From the NCBI RefSeq assembly GCF_006345805.1, contig NW_021835961.1, positions 1-64,000 of the forward strand: a DNA stretch of 64,000 nt, read 5' to 3'. This DNA is from Octopus sinensis (lineage: Eukaryota). The notes beneath the pieces were generated by a model, which did no database searches, had not been told where the DNA came from, and saw only the letters and a list, made by a program, of their open reading frames with translations. Positions 52,172 through 64,000 of this stretch are shown piece after piece. The first letter of the stretch is position 1, and every line of letters starts with the position of its first letter. A program made the translations under genes and the position numbers.

Positions 52172-52348
52172 TGTATGCAATTGAAGCAGTGTTAAATTAA
52201 AATAGATATATGTATCATACTAGTATGTCTATTAGAGATTTAATCTCAGACAAAAAATAACACAGTAATTTGCCTATCAACATTGCATGTATATTATGTA
52301 TGACAAATAGGTGTCTATTCTGATTTAATACTGCTTCAATTGCTTACA
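52172..52348. mobile_element. Small foldback element with ~45-bp imperfect inverted ends
   Basis: TGTATGCAATTGAAGCAGTGTTAAATTAAAATAGA versus TCTATTCTGATTTAATACTGCTTCAATTGCTTACA. Confidence 0.55.
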
Positions 52349-52552
52349 GTGGATTGTTTATTCAACTTGGCAGCTATTCACAATACCAGTGAATGTATTA
52401 TTCACTGTTTACTACATCAGAGGCAACAAATCTTATTTAGGTATGTGGCTGATCGCAAGTACATATCATTGATGAGGCCCAGAAAGCCAAAATGCCTCTG
52501 GTGCTCTCACTAGCTGTTGCCAGGATGATTTTTTTTTTGCTGTTTTATCTCC

Positions 52553-52590
<38 letters not shown>

Positions 52591-52946
52591 AGCACTCCGT
52601 CAGTTACGGCAACGAGGGTCCCAACTGATACGATCAAAGGAACAGCTTGCTCGTGAAATAACGTGCATGTGGCTGAGTACTGCACAGGCACATATACCCT
52701 TAACGTAGTTCTCAAGTGAGATTTAGCGTGACAAGGTTGGCCCTTTGAAATACAGGTATGTCTCATTTTGCCAGCTGAGTGAACTGGAGCAATGTGAAAT
52801 AAAGTGTCTTGCTGAAGGACACAATGCATAGCTGGGAATTGAACTTGTGACCTTACAATCATGAGCCAAATGCCCTACCCACTAAGCCATGCACCTTCAT
52901 ATATATATATTATATATATAGATATATATATATATATATATATATT

Positions 52947-52986
<40 letters not shown>

Positions 52987-53076
52987 ATTATTATTATTTG
53001 AGGAATAAAATCCAAACTTACAAGGAAAAAGAATTCAATTTAGAAATACTAATCAAATTCCACACAATATAATATG

Positions 53077-53396
53077 TATAAATATTAGAAAAAAACCCAC
53101 CTTTTATCAATTCAATATGAATAATTAACTTACACCATCTAGAAAATTACATATAATAAAAAGTTAAAATTAAATAACAATTAAAAAGTAAAGATTAAGT
53201 AAATTACAAGAATAATATAATGTATATAATAGGTAGTTTTTCTACCTATTATATACATTATATTATTCTTGTAATTTACTTAATCTTTACTTTTTAATTG
53301 TTATTTTAATTTAAACTTTTTTATTATATGTAATTTTCTAGATGGTGTAAGTTAATTATTCATATTGAATTGATAAAAGGTGTTTTTTTTTTCTAA

Positions 53397-53404
<8 letters not shown>
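53077..53404. repeat. Near-perfect AT-rich palindrome (~160-bp arms, 5-nt loop)
   Basis: Centre ATAGGTAG-TTTTT-CTACCTAT at 53229-53249; arms pair out to TATAAATATTAGAA / TTCTAATATTTATA. Confidence 0.9.
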
Positions 53405-53431
<27 letters not shown>

Positions 53432-53724
53432 AGCAAATAATTCAGGAGAAAATGTTTGCAAAGGTATTATTGACTCTGTTATTATTTAGTGTAACAATTA
53501 AAAAAAATGATAATAACAGAATCCAATAATAACTGGCAATTGCAGGCCCAAAAGTATTAAATAGCTTGATTTCTATAGTTATCATCTTTTTTTTTTCGGT
53601 GATTTAAATAAGAGTTTTGACTGTTATTTCCAGCAGGTAAGCATACCTAGTATGTCATTCGATTAATTTTAATCCTTCAGCTATTTACATATATCTATAT
53701 CTGTCTGTCTCTCTCTCTCTCTCT

Positions 53725-54354
<630 letters not shown>

Positions 54355-54448
54355 TTCAACAATTGAGGGCAAAATTAATTAATTATTAATCAATTTCACC
54401 AAGTGTTCAGTATGCAAAGGACATTCAAGGCGAATTCAAATATTACAT

Positions 54449-54700
54449 TATATAAAAGGCTTAGTAAAATAAATTACTTTGCCGCATACTGAACTCATTA
54501 GAAATAGCAGCTAAAAACTTTTTTAAGGCTATTTCTAAAGAATTGTCATTACCCCAAACTTTTGTGAGTTAAATTATGCAAACACTATATATGAGAGAGA
54601 TTTCTTTAAGTATTAGAATAGCCTTAAAAAGTTTTTTAGCTGCTATTTCTATGAGTTCAGTATGCGGCAAAGTATTTATTTTACTAAGCCCTTTTATATA
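54449..54700. repeat. Inverted repeat (~88-bp arms, ~76-bp spacer)
   Basis: TATATAAAAGGCTTAGTAAAATAAATTACTTTGCCGCATACTGAACTC...AAGGCTATTTCTA (54449-54537) versus TAGAATAGCCTT...GAGTTCAGTATGCGGCAAAGTATTTATTTTACTAAGCCCTTTTATATA (54614-54700). Confidence 0.9.
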
Positions 54701-54855
54701 TATATATATATATATATTGTGTTTTTTAAACTTAGCACATCCATAAGAGATTTTATCTTGGTCAAAACACAGAGTAACTTGCCTGTCAGTTATGTAAATA
54801 CATTGAGTATGATAGGTAGCTACTCTTATACAATATTCTAATTCAGTATGTACCT

Positions 54856-55432
54856 CTACAACATTTCTATATACACGATACTTTTGGTAAAAAAATCCAT
54901 TTTCATTTTTGTTTTTGCCATAATGCTAAATCCATCTGAATTTTGTACTCTGGGTATAGCTACATGGAGTTGATTATGAGAAAAACATTCATTGTTCTTT
55001 AGGTAGATGCCAACTTTTGAAGATGTTTGGCCTTGAGATTTGTGTAATGTTAGACCAAAAGATGATTTGAGAACAAACTGATGCCTTTGCATTTGGAATA
55101 GCAGTACATGATCACCTGATGGCATATGTATTCTTGAGATAAATAGATCTTTCCCTTCAAGAGTTCAGAAGCAATAACAGGGTAAATAGCTGTGCTGCTG
55201 AGACTTTTAATAATAGAGCGTGTCTCACTGCAATGGCCATTTACTGCAGCAAAATAAAGTGGTTGCACCTTCTTTGAGATGTAATCTGTGTTGAGTCTTG
55301 TGACTGAAATGAACTGTGTTTAAAAACCCAGTTGAGTGAAGATATACTTCATTGTTATTAAAGACTATATCAATGCTTAAACATTTGATTTGGCTTATAA
55401 TTTCATTAATTTCAGTAATGCCATTGTTAGTT
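54856..55432 (-). mobile_element. Helitron RepHel PIF1-like helicase C-terminal relic
   Basis: Broken minus frames read NNGITEIN..., FLN...HRLHLKEGA, CSETRSIIKSL, QRHQFVLKSSFGLTLHKSQGQT..VGIYL..CFSHNQLHVAIPRV..TKSIVYIEML*. These match the PIF1-family motifs R.QFP...FA.TINKSQGQT and FSHGQLYVA.SRV and the Helitron T.N.VY.E terminus. Confidence 0.88.
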
Positions 55433-56836
55433 ACACACACACACACACACACACACACATACTCTCTCTCTCTCTCACACACACACACACATGCATGCAC
55501 GCATACACATGAACAGAGAGAGGGAGAGGGAGAGAGAAAGCAAGTTTGCTGGACCAAGCCATATGTTCCTGGAGGTCTTCAAAAATGTAATTGCAAAAGA
55601 TTTTGTGTAAAAAAAAACAAAATTAACTGGAATTTTCATCTTCAATAGACCTTGTCAATGTGACTCTTTGCATTTACCATTTCGAAGCAGAAGTACCACT
55701 AAGTGGTCTCCATTGTCTCCGGCTGCCATGTGAATATGCAGCTTTCTGGGTGGTTACATGATTTGTTGTTTTTCCCTCAGGAAAAAATTCATGAAACAAT
55801 TATTAATTACCCGTGCACAGCCTTGCCAATATGACTCTTTCCCTTTATTAATTTACAAGTAGAATTTCTTACATGGCATTTCAATCATTATATAATCCAT
55901 TCTTTTGGCAATGTATTTTTAAAGGTAGTTCTCTGGCTTCGTCACAATCCTATTATGTCATTGATATTTGTTTCATACATGTTAGCATCTTTCAGTCAGA
56001 TAGGAATTTTTAATCATAACAATTTGGTTTTAAAACTGTTTCCGAAATCCTTTCTTTCATTTGCTATGTTCTTTTATTGAATGTGAACAGACCATTGAAA
56101 TTGATATATCCACAGGGCTCTTTACTCATGTTATTTTTTAACTGTATGGAACAGCAATGGTTTCTTTTTCTTGTCTGGAATCTCTGTGCAAACAAATGGA
56201 TCAATATCAGCTTGCTCAGTAAGGACCAATACAGTGTCTGTAGTAGGGGTCAACATTTGGCACCAAATCACAGTGGTGCCTCATTATAGTGACTTTATCA
56301 GTCACAGTGCTAAAGTTTTTTTCATCTTTTACTTGTTTCATTCGTTAGACTGTGGCCATGCTGGGGCACCACCTTGATGGGTATCAAATAATGTATCAAA
56401 TAAATCAACGCCAGGACATTTGTTTTTGTTTTTAGTCTGGTACTTATACAAACTGCTAAGTTACAGTGATGTAAACAAACCAACACTGGTTGTCAAATGG
56501 TGGGCAAGAACAAACACACAGTCATGCTCGCACGTGCATACATACACACACAGAGGCTGTCCTACAATTTCCGTCTACCAAACTCACAAGGCATTGGTTG
56601 GCCCAGGGCTATAGAAGACATTTGTCCAAGGTGCTGCATAATGAGACTGAATCTGAGCTACACAATCATGCTTGCATCTTTGTTATGAAAAATATTAAAA
56701 AAATAAAAGTTTTGTATCCTTGTGCCTAATCAAGAGATACCCATGTTTTCAATTATAATGAGATCTTTTTTTAATTGTGATAAGTAACCCCTGTTGCAAC
56801 TCATGTGTACATTAATTCTCTTCATATTTTTGCCAG

Positions 56837-57048
56837 GAATCTAGATACACAGCCTTATTGTGCAGGAAATGATGTTTCTGCTGATGAATCATACATCATC
56901 ATGGATCTACCTCCACATTCTCCTTTCACCTTAGATACACCATACTCTGAAAGGTCGCCACCTCTCAATGAAGAGAAATTCCTCACCATGTTTGACAGTG
57001 ATGGGCGTCTTGTGCAAGAACGGCAGCTGAGGAAGGCAGTTTTTCTTG
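56837..57048 (+). CDS. TBC/Rab-GAP domain gene, internal exon A (xNLDTQPY...ERSPPLNEEKFLTMFDSDGRLVQERQLRKAVFL G)
   Basis: Acceptor TTTTTGCCAG|G (56836) and donor CTTG|GTTAGT (57049). Open frame, enters in phase 2 and exits in phase 1. PLNEEKFLTMFDSDGRL...LRKAVF matches the helix preceding the TBC domain in TBC1D15/16/17/25-type proteins. Confidence 0.9.
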
Positions 57049-58454
57049 GTTAGTGAGTTTTTATTCTTCATTTGTAATTGTAACATTGTTTTCATTTTAG
57101 CCCTAGTTCAGTCCTGCTCAAGCAGACCTATGATCAAACAATTCCAGTCATGACCATCCCTTCTAATTTTCAGACAATATATCCAGAATTTCCTTAGTCA
57201 ACATGTCCTTATTTTGTTTGGTGGAAACTGACTGTTATTTCTAGCAAAACTAGTAACCATGTAGAAGCACCTTCTGGTTACAGTTGATGTTCATCATGTA
57301 TTTACTTACAGCTTACAGTATTGCTTGACAATGCTTTTAAATATTTCATCTTTACAAAATCATTTCATAATATTATTTCTTCTTTTGTAAGAAATCTACA
57401 GGAGGAAATATTCAAATCTTGGACACGATGCTTTACTGTATATATTCCAGTGCCTTGTGTTTTTAGTTCAAATGCTTCCAAAATGAACTTTGCCATTCAT
57501 CCTTTTAGGATGTGCCATTCTGGTGGCCAATATGATACTCCCAAAATGTAGTTTATTTATGGTTTCATGCTGAAAAATGTTTTTTTTTTTATTTTGTTTA
57601 CTTGTAACTCTTTACATGTTTCAGTCATTTTGACTGTGACCATGCTGGAGCACTGCCTTTAGTTGAGCAAATCGACCCCAGGACTTATTCTTTGTAAGCC
57701 TAGTACTTATTCTATCGGTCTCTTTTGCTGAACTGCTAAGTTACAGGGATGTAAACACACCAGCATCAGTTGTCAGGTGATGTTGGGGGGACAAACAAAG
57801 AGAGCATGAAAGGCAAAGTTAACCTTTGTAGGTTACCTGAGCTGTATATATATAATCATCATCATCGTTTAACGTCTGCTTTCCATGCTAGCATGGGTTG
57901 GACAATTTGACTGAAGACTGGCGAACCAGATAGCTGCACCAGGCTCCAATCTGATCTGGCAGAGTTTCTACAGCTGGATACACTTCCTAACGCCAACCAC
58001 TCCGAGAGTGTAGTGGGTGCTTTTACATGTCACCGGCATGAGGGCCAGTTAGGTGGTACTGGCAACGGCCGCGCTCAAATGGTGTTTTTTATGTGCCACC
58101 TGCACAGGAGCCAGTCCAGCAGCACTGGCAATGACCTCGCTTGAATGTTTTTTCACGTGCCAGTAAGGCAATGCTGGTATATATATATATATATATATCT
58201 TGTTCTCTTTCTGGCTGTCTGTCTTTGTCTAGCTATTCACCCACCTACCTATCTATCCATCCATTTGTTTGTCTTTCTTCCTTCTTTCTACAAACACAAA
58301 ATTAGTAACTCCCAACTCTGATTGCTTATTGAGGAAGAAACAGATTTCAATATTTATTTAACATACACTTTAATGAAGTTAATCACATTCAAGCCAAATT
58401 TTCTTTTGAGACCATTATACTAAGTAGTAATTTTTACCATTTCTTCTTCATTAG

Positions 58455-58530
58455 GTGGAATCCAACCGTCTCTCAGGAAATCTGTGTGGCCATTTCTGTT
58501 TGGAATGTATCCATGTCAGTCAACTAAAAG
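58455..58530 (+). CDS. TBC/Rab-GAP domain gene, internal exon B (GGIQPSLRKSVWPFLFGMYPCQSTK R)
   Basis: Acceptor TTCTTCTTCATTAG| and donor AAAAG|GTATGG. 76 nt, phase 1 to 2, in frame with exon A. GGI-x-PSLR-x-x-VWPFL-x-G-x-YP is the N-terminal TBC-domain signature. Confidence 0.93.
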
Positions 58531-59169
58531 GTATGGGAACAATGTGGTTCTTGTAATTTTTTTTTCTTTTTTGTTATTTCGATTCATTTTCTCTTTCAAC
58601 AAGTTAGATTATCATCATGATTCTAATGTCCACTTTTCCCTGTGTGTATATGCCAAATGGAATTCATTGAAGCACATTTTCTATGGCCAGATGCTATTCC
58701 TGTCACCAATTCTCATCCGTTTCCAAGGAAGGTAGTATTTCTCCATGACCGGACATGTTTTCATGGAAGACTGGAAATTAATGACACCGTTTGTAAGTTG
58801 ATGGCACTTACAGCTGTCACATGATGTCAAAATAAGAAGATACAAACTAAGACACACACACGCACACAAACACATACATGATGGGCTTCCATGCAGTTTC
58901 CATCAATATAAATTCACTCACAAAACATTAAAACATTGGTCGGCACAGGTCTATAATAGAAGATACTTGCCCAAGGTACTGCAATGAAGCCATATGACTG
59001 CAAAGTAAGCTTTTTAACCACACAGCAGCGTCTATTATATTTATTTTATTATTCTCCTGCCTAGGTGGGTCTGAAAAGGTTATGAACATTGTCCATTTTC
59101 TTCAGACTAAATAATCAAAGAAATAAAATCAGCCCACATCTCTTTCTTCCTTGCTGCCATCACCACCAC

Positions 59170-59201
<32 letters not shown>

Positions 59202-59464
59202 CCATCATCATTTTGTATCTACTTTTGCTCTATTATTTATTGAGGCAGTATTCTATGGTCAGATGTCCTTCTTGATACCAGCTCTTACTTGTTTTCAGTT
59301 AAGGTACTGTATTCCATGTCACTGCATATTGAACTACCGCCAGACCTTTTGTTTCTGGGAGGTGTAAAGACCATTGTTGCTGCCTAAACAGTGTCGATAA
59401 GAAAAAATGTGGAGAAAAACACCATGCATACAACACATATACACATTGCATACATACATGAAGT

Positions 59465-59845
59465 GGAGGCGCAATGGCCCAGTGGTTAGGGCAGCGGACT
59501 CGCAGTCGTAGGATCGCAGTTTCGATTCCCAGACCGGGCGTTGTGAGTGTTTATTGAGCGAAAACACCTAAAAGCTCCACGAGGCTCCGGCAGGGATGGT
59601 GGTGATTCCTGCTGTACTCTTTCACCACTCTTTCTCTCACTCTTTCTTCCTGTTTGTGTTGTACCTGTATTTCAAAGGGCCGGCCTTGTCACTCTCTGTG
59701 TCACGCTGCATATCCCCGAGAACTACGTTACGGGTACACATGTCTGTGGAGTGCTCAGCCACTTACACGTTAATTTCACGAGCAGGCTGTTCCGTTGATC
59801 GGATCAACCGGAACCCTCGTCGTTATAACCGACGGAGTGCTTCCA
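59465..59845 (+). mobile_element. SINE family C (tRNA-Arg-like head; OR-type), nearly intact
   Basis: GGAGGCGCAATGGCCCAGTGGTTAGGGCAGCGGACTCGC...GGTTTCGATTCCC-like head with A/B boxes and a TCG loop. Related copies at 18135-18450(+), 18980-19270(-), 24330-24640(-), 25420-25755(-), 29830-30440(+), 52590-52885(-) and 61330-61530(-). Confidence 0.8.
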
Positions 59846-60110
59846 CATACATGACATAACACGCAAAACACATGCATACATTATGTGTGTACATAGACTT
59901 TATGTTTGCTGAATTTTACTCCAAACCATTAAGCTCAAAGCTATGGTAAAACACACCAAAGAAGCCATGCATTAGGACCAGACTTGAGATCATATTGTTT
60001 CAAAGCAAACTTCTTGATCACAGAGCCATTCTTACACCTATTAATGAATAAAAATGAAAACTACTTTTACTGTATGTTAAGTAATTAATTTGTTCATTTA
60101 TTTGTTGCAG

Positions 60111-60223
60111 AGAACGAGAAATAATTAAGTTGGAGTATGTAATAAAGTACCATGAAATGAAGGCCCACTGTCTCCACGTCCTCAACAAATTGGAGGCTGC
60201 TGCTGCTAAAGCAAATACAGGGG
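60111..60223 (+). CDS. TBC/Rab-GAP domain gene, internal exon C (REREIIKLEYVIKYHEMKAHCLHVLNKLEAAAAKANTG)
   Basis: Acceptor TTTATTTGTTGCAG| and donor GGGG|GTAAGT. 113 nt, phase 2 to 1. Continues ST-x-x-ERE...Y..MK as expected after the TBC signature. Confidence 0.9.
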
Positions 60224-61611
60224 GTAAGTAACAGTTTGTGATGCTATTTCAAATAATGCAGCCAGTCACAACCCCTGCAATATGCAGATGTATATGGAGA
60301 TGATTTTATTATGCTATAACATATTAAATTTTGATCTTGGATTTAAGAATATTGGTTATAAGGCGGCAATCCGTCAGAATCGGTAACACGCCGGCCCAAC
60401 TGCATAGTACCATTTCGTCCGTCACTACATTCTGAGTTCAAATTCTGCCGAGGTCAGTTTTACTTTTCATCCTTTCGAGGTCAATAAAATAAATACAAGT
60501 TGGGCACTAGGATCGATGTAATTGACTTAATCCCTTCTCTGAAATCGCTGGCCCTGTGCCAAAAATTGAAACCAGTATTATAGGTGCAGGAGTGACTGTG
60601 TGGTAAGTAGCTTGCATACCAACCACATGGTTCCAGGTTCAGTCGCACTGCATGGCACCTTGGGTAAGTGTCTTCTACTATAGTCTCAGGCCGACGGAAA
60701 CTGAAAGAAGCCCGTCGTATATATGTATATATATATATATATGTATGTGTGTGTATATGTTTGTGTGTTTGTGTTTGTCCCCCACAACATCACTTGACAA
60801 CCGATGCTGGTGTGTTTACGTCCCCGTAACTTAGCGGTTTGGCAAAAGAGATCGATAGAATAATAAGTACTAGGCTTACAAAGAATAAGTCCTGGGGTCG
60901 ATTTGGTTTGACTAAAGGCGATGCTCCAGCATGACCGCAGTCAAGTGACTGAAACAAATAAAAAAAAATAAATATTGACTGAGATGCAGTTGCTTGTCTC
61001 ATTTAGTCAAATGAAGAAGGACAGAGTCTATAAACTATTTCTCAGGGCATCCATAATTGGTGGAACAAAGTTATTTTCAAGCCTGAAATATGACCAAAAT
61101 TGGTGGTGGCGGTGGCGGTGTTGTTGTTGTTAAACAGCTGGGTAAGGGATTAAGTATACAACACAAGAACAGTAACAATCTCTGTGTTAGGCTTGACAAC
61201 GATTACACATTTTGAAGGAAAGCATAATTAATTAAACCAGATCTCTGTACTTATCATCATCAACTCCATGACATTAATGCCTTGAGTCCTATATATATCA
61301 TATGGCTGGTTACCTGGTTTCCTTGATGTATAAGTGACTGAGATCACAACCTCCTTCAATGGGACCCCAGTCCATTGCAGTATCACTCATTTAGAGCCAA
61401 GTGGATTGAAGCAATGTGGAATGAAGTGTTTTGCTTAAGAGTACAATGCACCACCCAGTCCAGGAATTAAAACCATAATCTTGCAATCGTGAGAGCAACA
61501 CCCTAACCACTAGGCTACATGCCTTCACTCCTGTACTTAACCAGTACTTTATTTTATTGACAACAGAAAGATGAATGGACATATTGACCAGTGAGACTAC
61601 ATTGTATTTAA

Positions 61612-61812
61612 CCCTTTAGCATTTTAACAAGCCATATCTGGCCCAAATTTTCTATCTGCTTTATGCCCAAACCAGCTAGAGCTGGCTTTTCATATCTATC
61701 CTATAATATCATTCTAATGACAAACTATCGCATCACCAAAATCTCAAATTACAAGATAGTGTTTGATTAATTCAAACCATACATTTGACAGACTAATCTG
61801 AATGCTAAAGAG
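61612..61812. mobile_element. piggyBac-type MITE (family 2)
   Basis: TTAA|CCCTTTAGCATT ... AATGCTAAAGAG|TTAG. Confidence 0.72.
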
Positions 61813-62949
61813 TTAGGTAAATATAGTAGTTTTAGAATTGAGTCTCATTAAATGATAATCAGCTGTTGCAGAAAGTAAACTAATCTAGATTGTTTTACTA
61901 AAATTATATTTTAGATCTAAGCAATGGCTGAAAACATAATCTATATCTGAGCCTTGTTTTTCCTGTGAATCTTCTATGTAATTTAAGAAAGTAACTTGTG
62001 GCTGGAGTCTGTATGAAGATGCAACTTTTGCTACCCATCACTCCTATTTCTGTAGACAGTCATACATATTGTGAATACTTCGACTTATAGCAATTGTGCT
62101 GGCCTGTTCCTGTCTGATGAGATTCACGAGGACATGTATAGAGTTCTAAATTTTAAGTGCATTTTTTTAATGTATCAAACTACATCTTTTAATCCATGTA
62201 ATTCACATAGCCTCATAAGGACAGAACCTCTCAGAGGCCTTTAATCCATCATCTTCATTATACATTGACCACATTGCATTGTGAGAGCCCCTACATGGTT
62301 GCTCAACTTACTAGAAGTAGCATCCATTTCTTTCTTTTTAAGCCCTCCACTCCCTATCAATCATAGGCCATCGGCAACTTTCTGCTCTGTTCTCAAATTT
62401 AGGGTGTCTTTTCTGCTTCTCTCCAGCTGGATCCCTTATTTTTCAGCTCTGCCTTAGTGTCCTGTCTCCAGCTATTTTAAGAACATTTTCTCTTCCATCT
62501 TCTTTTGGTTTCCCTAAGGGAAAGCCTTCCTTTCCCAGGTCTTGCTAGTTTGGGATTATCATTGATGCTTCTGTAACTTTCCTTTTTCACTAGGTGGGGG
62601 TGTTAGCCCAATGCAAACCCATTTTTACCTCTGGCAAGATGTGGTCCATATCATCCTGGCCTCCATCCTTTGATATGTCCAGTATGGAGAGGTCCTACCT
62701 GGAGCTTGTGCCCCACTAACATAGCTCTCAGTGTCATCAAAGCACACAAGCCATCATGCTGCAACAAGGACTGGACTTGATGGTCATGGTTGGAATACCT
62801 TTGATCAGTGTTGATCTGTACCTAAAAAAAAATATCAAAATAATCTGGGTGTTATTTTTAAGTATTGTATTATTTGATTTTAAGTAATGACTGAAATTTT
62901 ATTTTACTGTAATTTGAGAAACTATTATTGTTTTTAAATCTAATTCCAG

Positions 62950-63668
62950 ATCAGGATATTGATGACAATATTATGTCAGAGGAATTTTATAATGAAGACA
63001 ATAGTCCAAATTTAAATTTAGTAAAGTCGCCGTCGTCTGGAGATGAGACCAGTTGGATTACTGTCAATATGGATTCATCAGTTAATTCAAATGAAACTGT
63101 GCGATCAATTTCAAAAACCCCATCTCAAAGTAGTCTTTCAGAAGAAATTTTTACAGATACCAGTAAATTTTATAGCTCTTGTACAGTATGTGGGCAGCCA
63201 TTGGACAGTGTAGAGAAAATGTCTTCCTTTGAAGATACATGTTCCGGTAAAGAAAGTTCTGTTGAGCATTTTTGTACTTGTTTTCATTCCTTGTCTTCTG
63301 AAGTTGTGAGTCCTACCAAAGTAGCACAACTGCAATTAAATGGTGTTAGCTCTTTGAGCCCACCTCTAAAAACTCATTTGTTCCATCCTGAACATTCTGG
63401 ACACAAAAAAATTAGTGATGTAATGGAGTATTCTCTAATGGTTAATCAATTTGGTAATGGAAATTTGTCTCAGTTAGGAGGAACGCAGAGTTCTTCAAAA
63501 GACAGTGAATTAAATTTGGAAGATATTGCTGCTGCTGTGGCAGAGGCTGAAGCCAAAAGATTTCAAACTAATGTCTTTAAATCGGATCTTATCAGTTCTG
63601 GTCTCTCTCTTGATTGGAATTCACCAGATGTACAAAAGCAGATCAACTTCATTGATTTTCAAGCACAG
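62950..63668 (+). CDS. TBC/Rab-GAP domain gene, internal exon D (719 nt, Ser-rich insertion ending DWNSPDVQKQINFIDFQAQ); gene continues beyond window
   Basis: Inside the 253-aa ORF 62928-63689. Acceptor TAATTCCAG| gives the phase 1 required by exon C, and donor CAG|GTGAGT is phase 0. Longest non-repetitive ORF in the window. Confidence 0.85.
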
Positions 63669-64000
63669 GTGAGTAAAGAATTCACTTAATGGTTCTGTCA
63701 ATAAATTTTATTTACTGACAGGTACAGGTATGGCTGTGTGGTAAGAAGTTTATTTCTCGGTTACATAGTTTCACGTTCAGTCCCACTGCATGCACCTTGG
63801 ATAAGTGTCTTTTACTATAGCCTTGGGCTGATCAAAGTCTTATGACTGGATTTGGCAGACAGAAACTGAAAAAAGCCCATCAGGTACGTAAGTGTGTGTG
63901 TGTGTGTGTGTGTGTTACTGTTTTCTTGCCTTGACTTTACATGAGAGTCATAAATGAGTGTCATTGTCATGCAGGTAGTGTCTTTCATTTCTAATGCTTC

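Noticed and set aside
52469-52496. Hammerhead-like TTGATGAGGC...GCCAAAATG
   Set aside because: Three core mismatches and no stem I; at best a heavily decayed remnant.
59465-59540. tRNA-Arg-like sequence
   Set aside because: It is the head of a multi-copy SINE, continues into the SINE body and lacks a proper acceptor stem.

Overview
AT-rich, repeat-dense eukaryotic DNA, very probably from an Octopus species. This is inferred from the cephalopod-type tRNA-derived SINE families, the microsatellite load and the spliced gene structure. The only well-supported host gene is a + strand Rab-GAP/TBC-domain gene of the Gyp7/TBC1D15-16-17-25/SGSM group. Four phase-consistent internal exons are visible (56837-57048, 58455-58530, 60111-60223, 62950-63668); the gene continues past the window end and its 5' exons are only tentatively placed, possibly from a CpG-retaining promoter-like zone at about 36.1-38 kb. 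The rest is mostly mobile DNA: three SINE families, RTE-like, CR1-like and R4/Dong-like LINE 3' ends, a Penelope-like GIY-YIG fragment, mariner, Chapaev-like and Helitron helicase relics, a composite non-autonomous Helitron, a Helentron-type HINE, and piggyBac-, hAT- and Merlin-type MITEs. Most ORFs in the supplied track are microsatellite or repeat artefacts. The best leads are several Penelope-type minimal hammerhead ribozyme motifs (one pair in a 234-bp foldback), an inverted SINE pair flanking a frame-symmetric two-exon cassette, a large Cys-containing insertion in the TBC domain, and a two-headed Helitron. No prokaryotic-type system (CRISPR, rRNA operon, true tRNA gene) is supported. Family names come from recalled motifs, not database searches, and repeat boundaries are approximate unless a TSD or TIR defines them.
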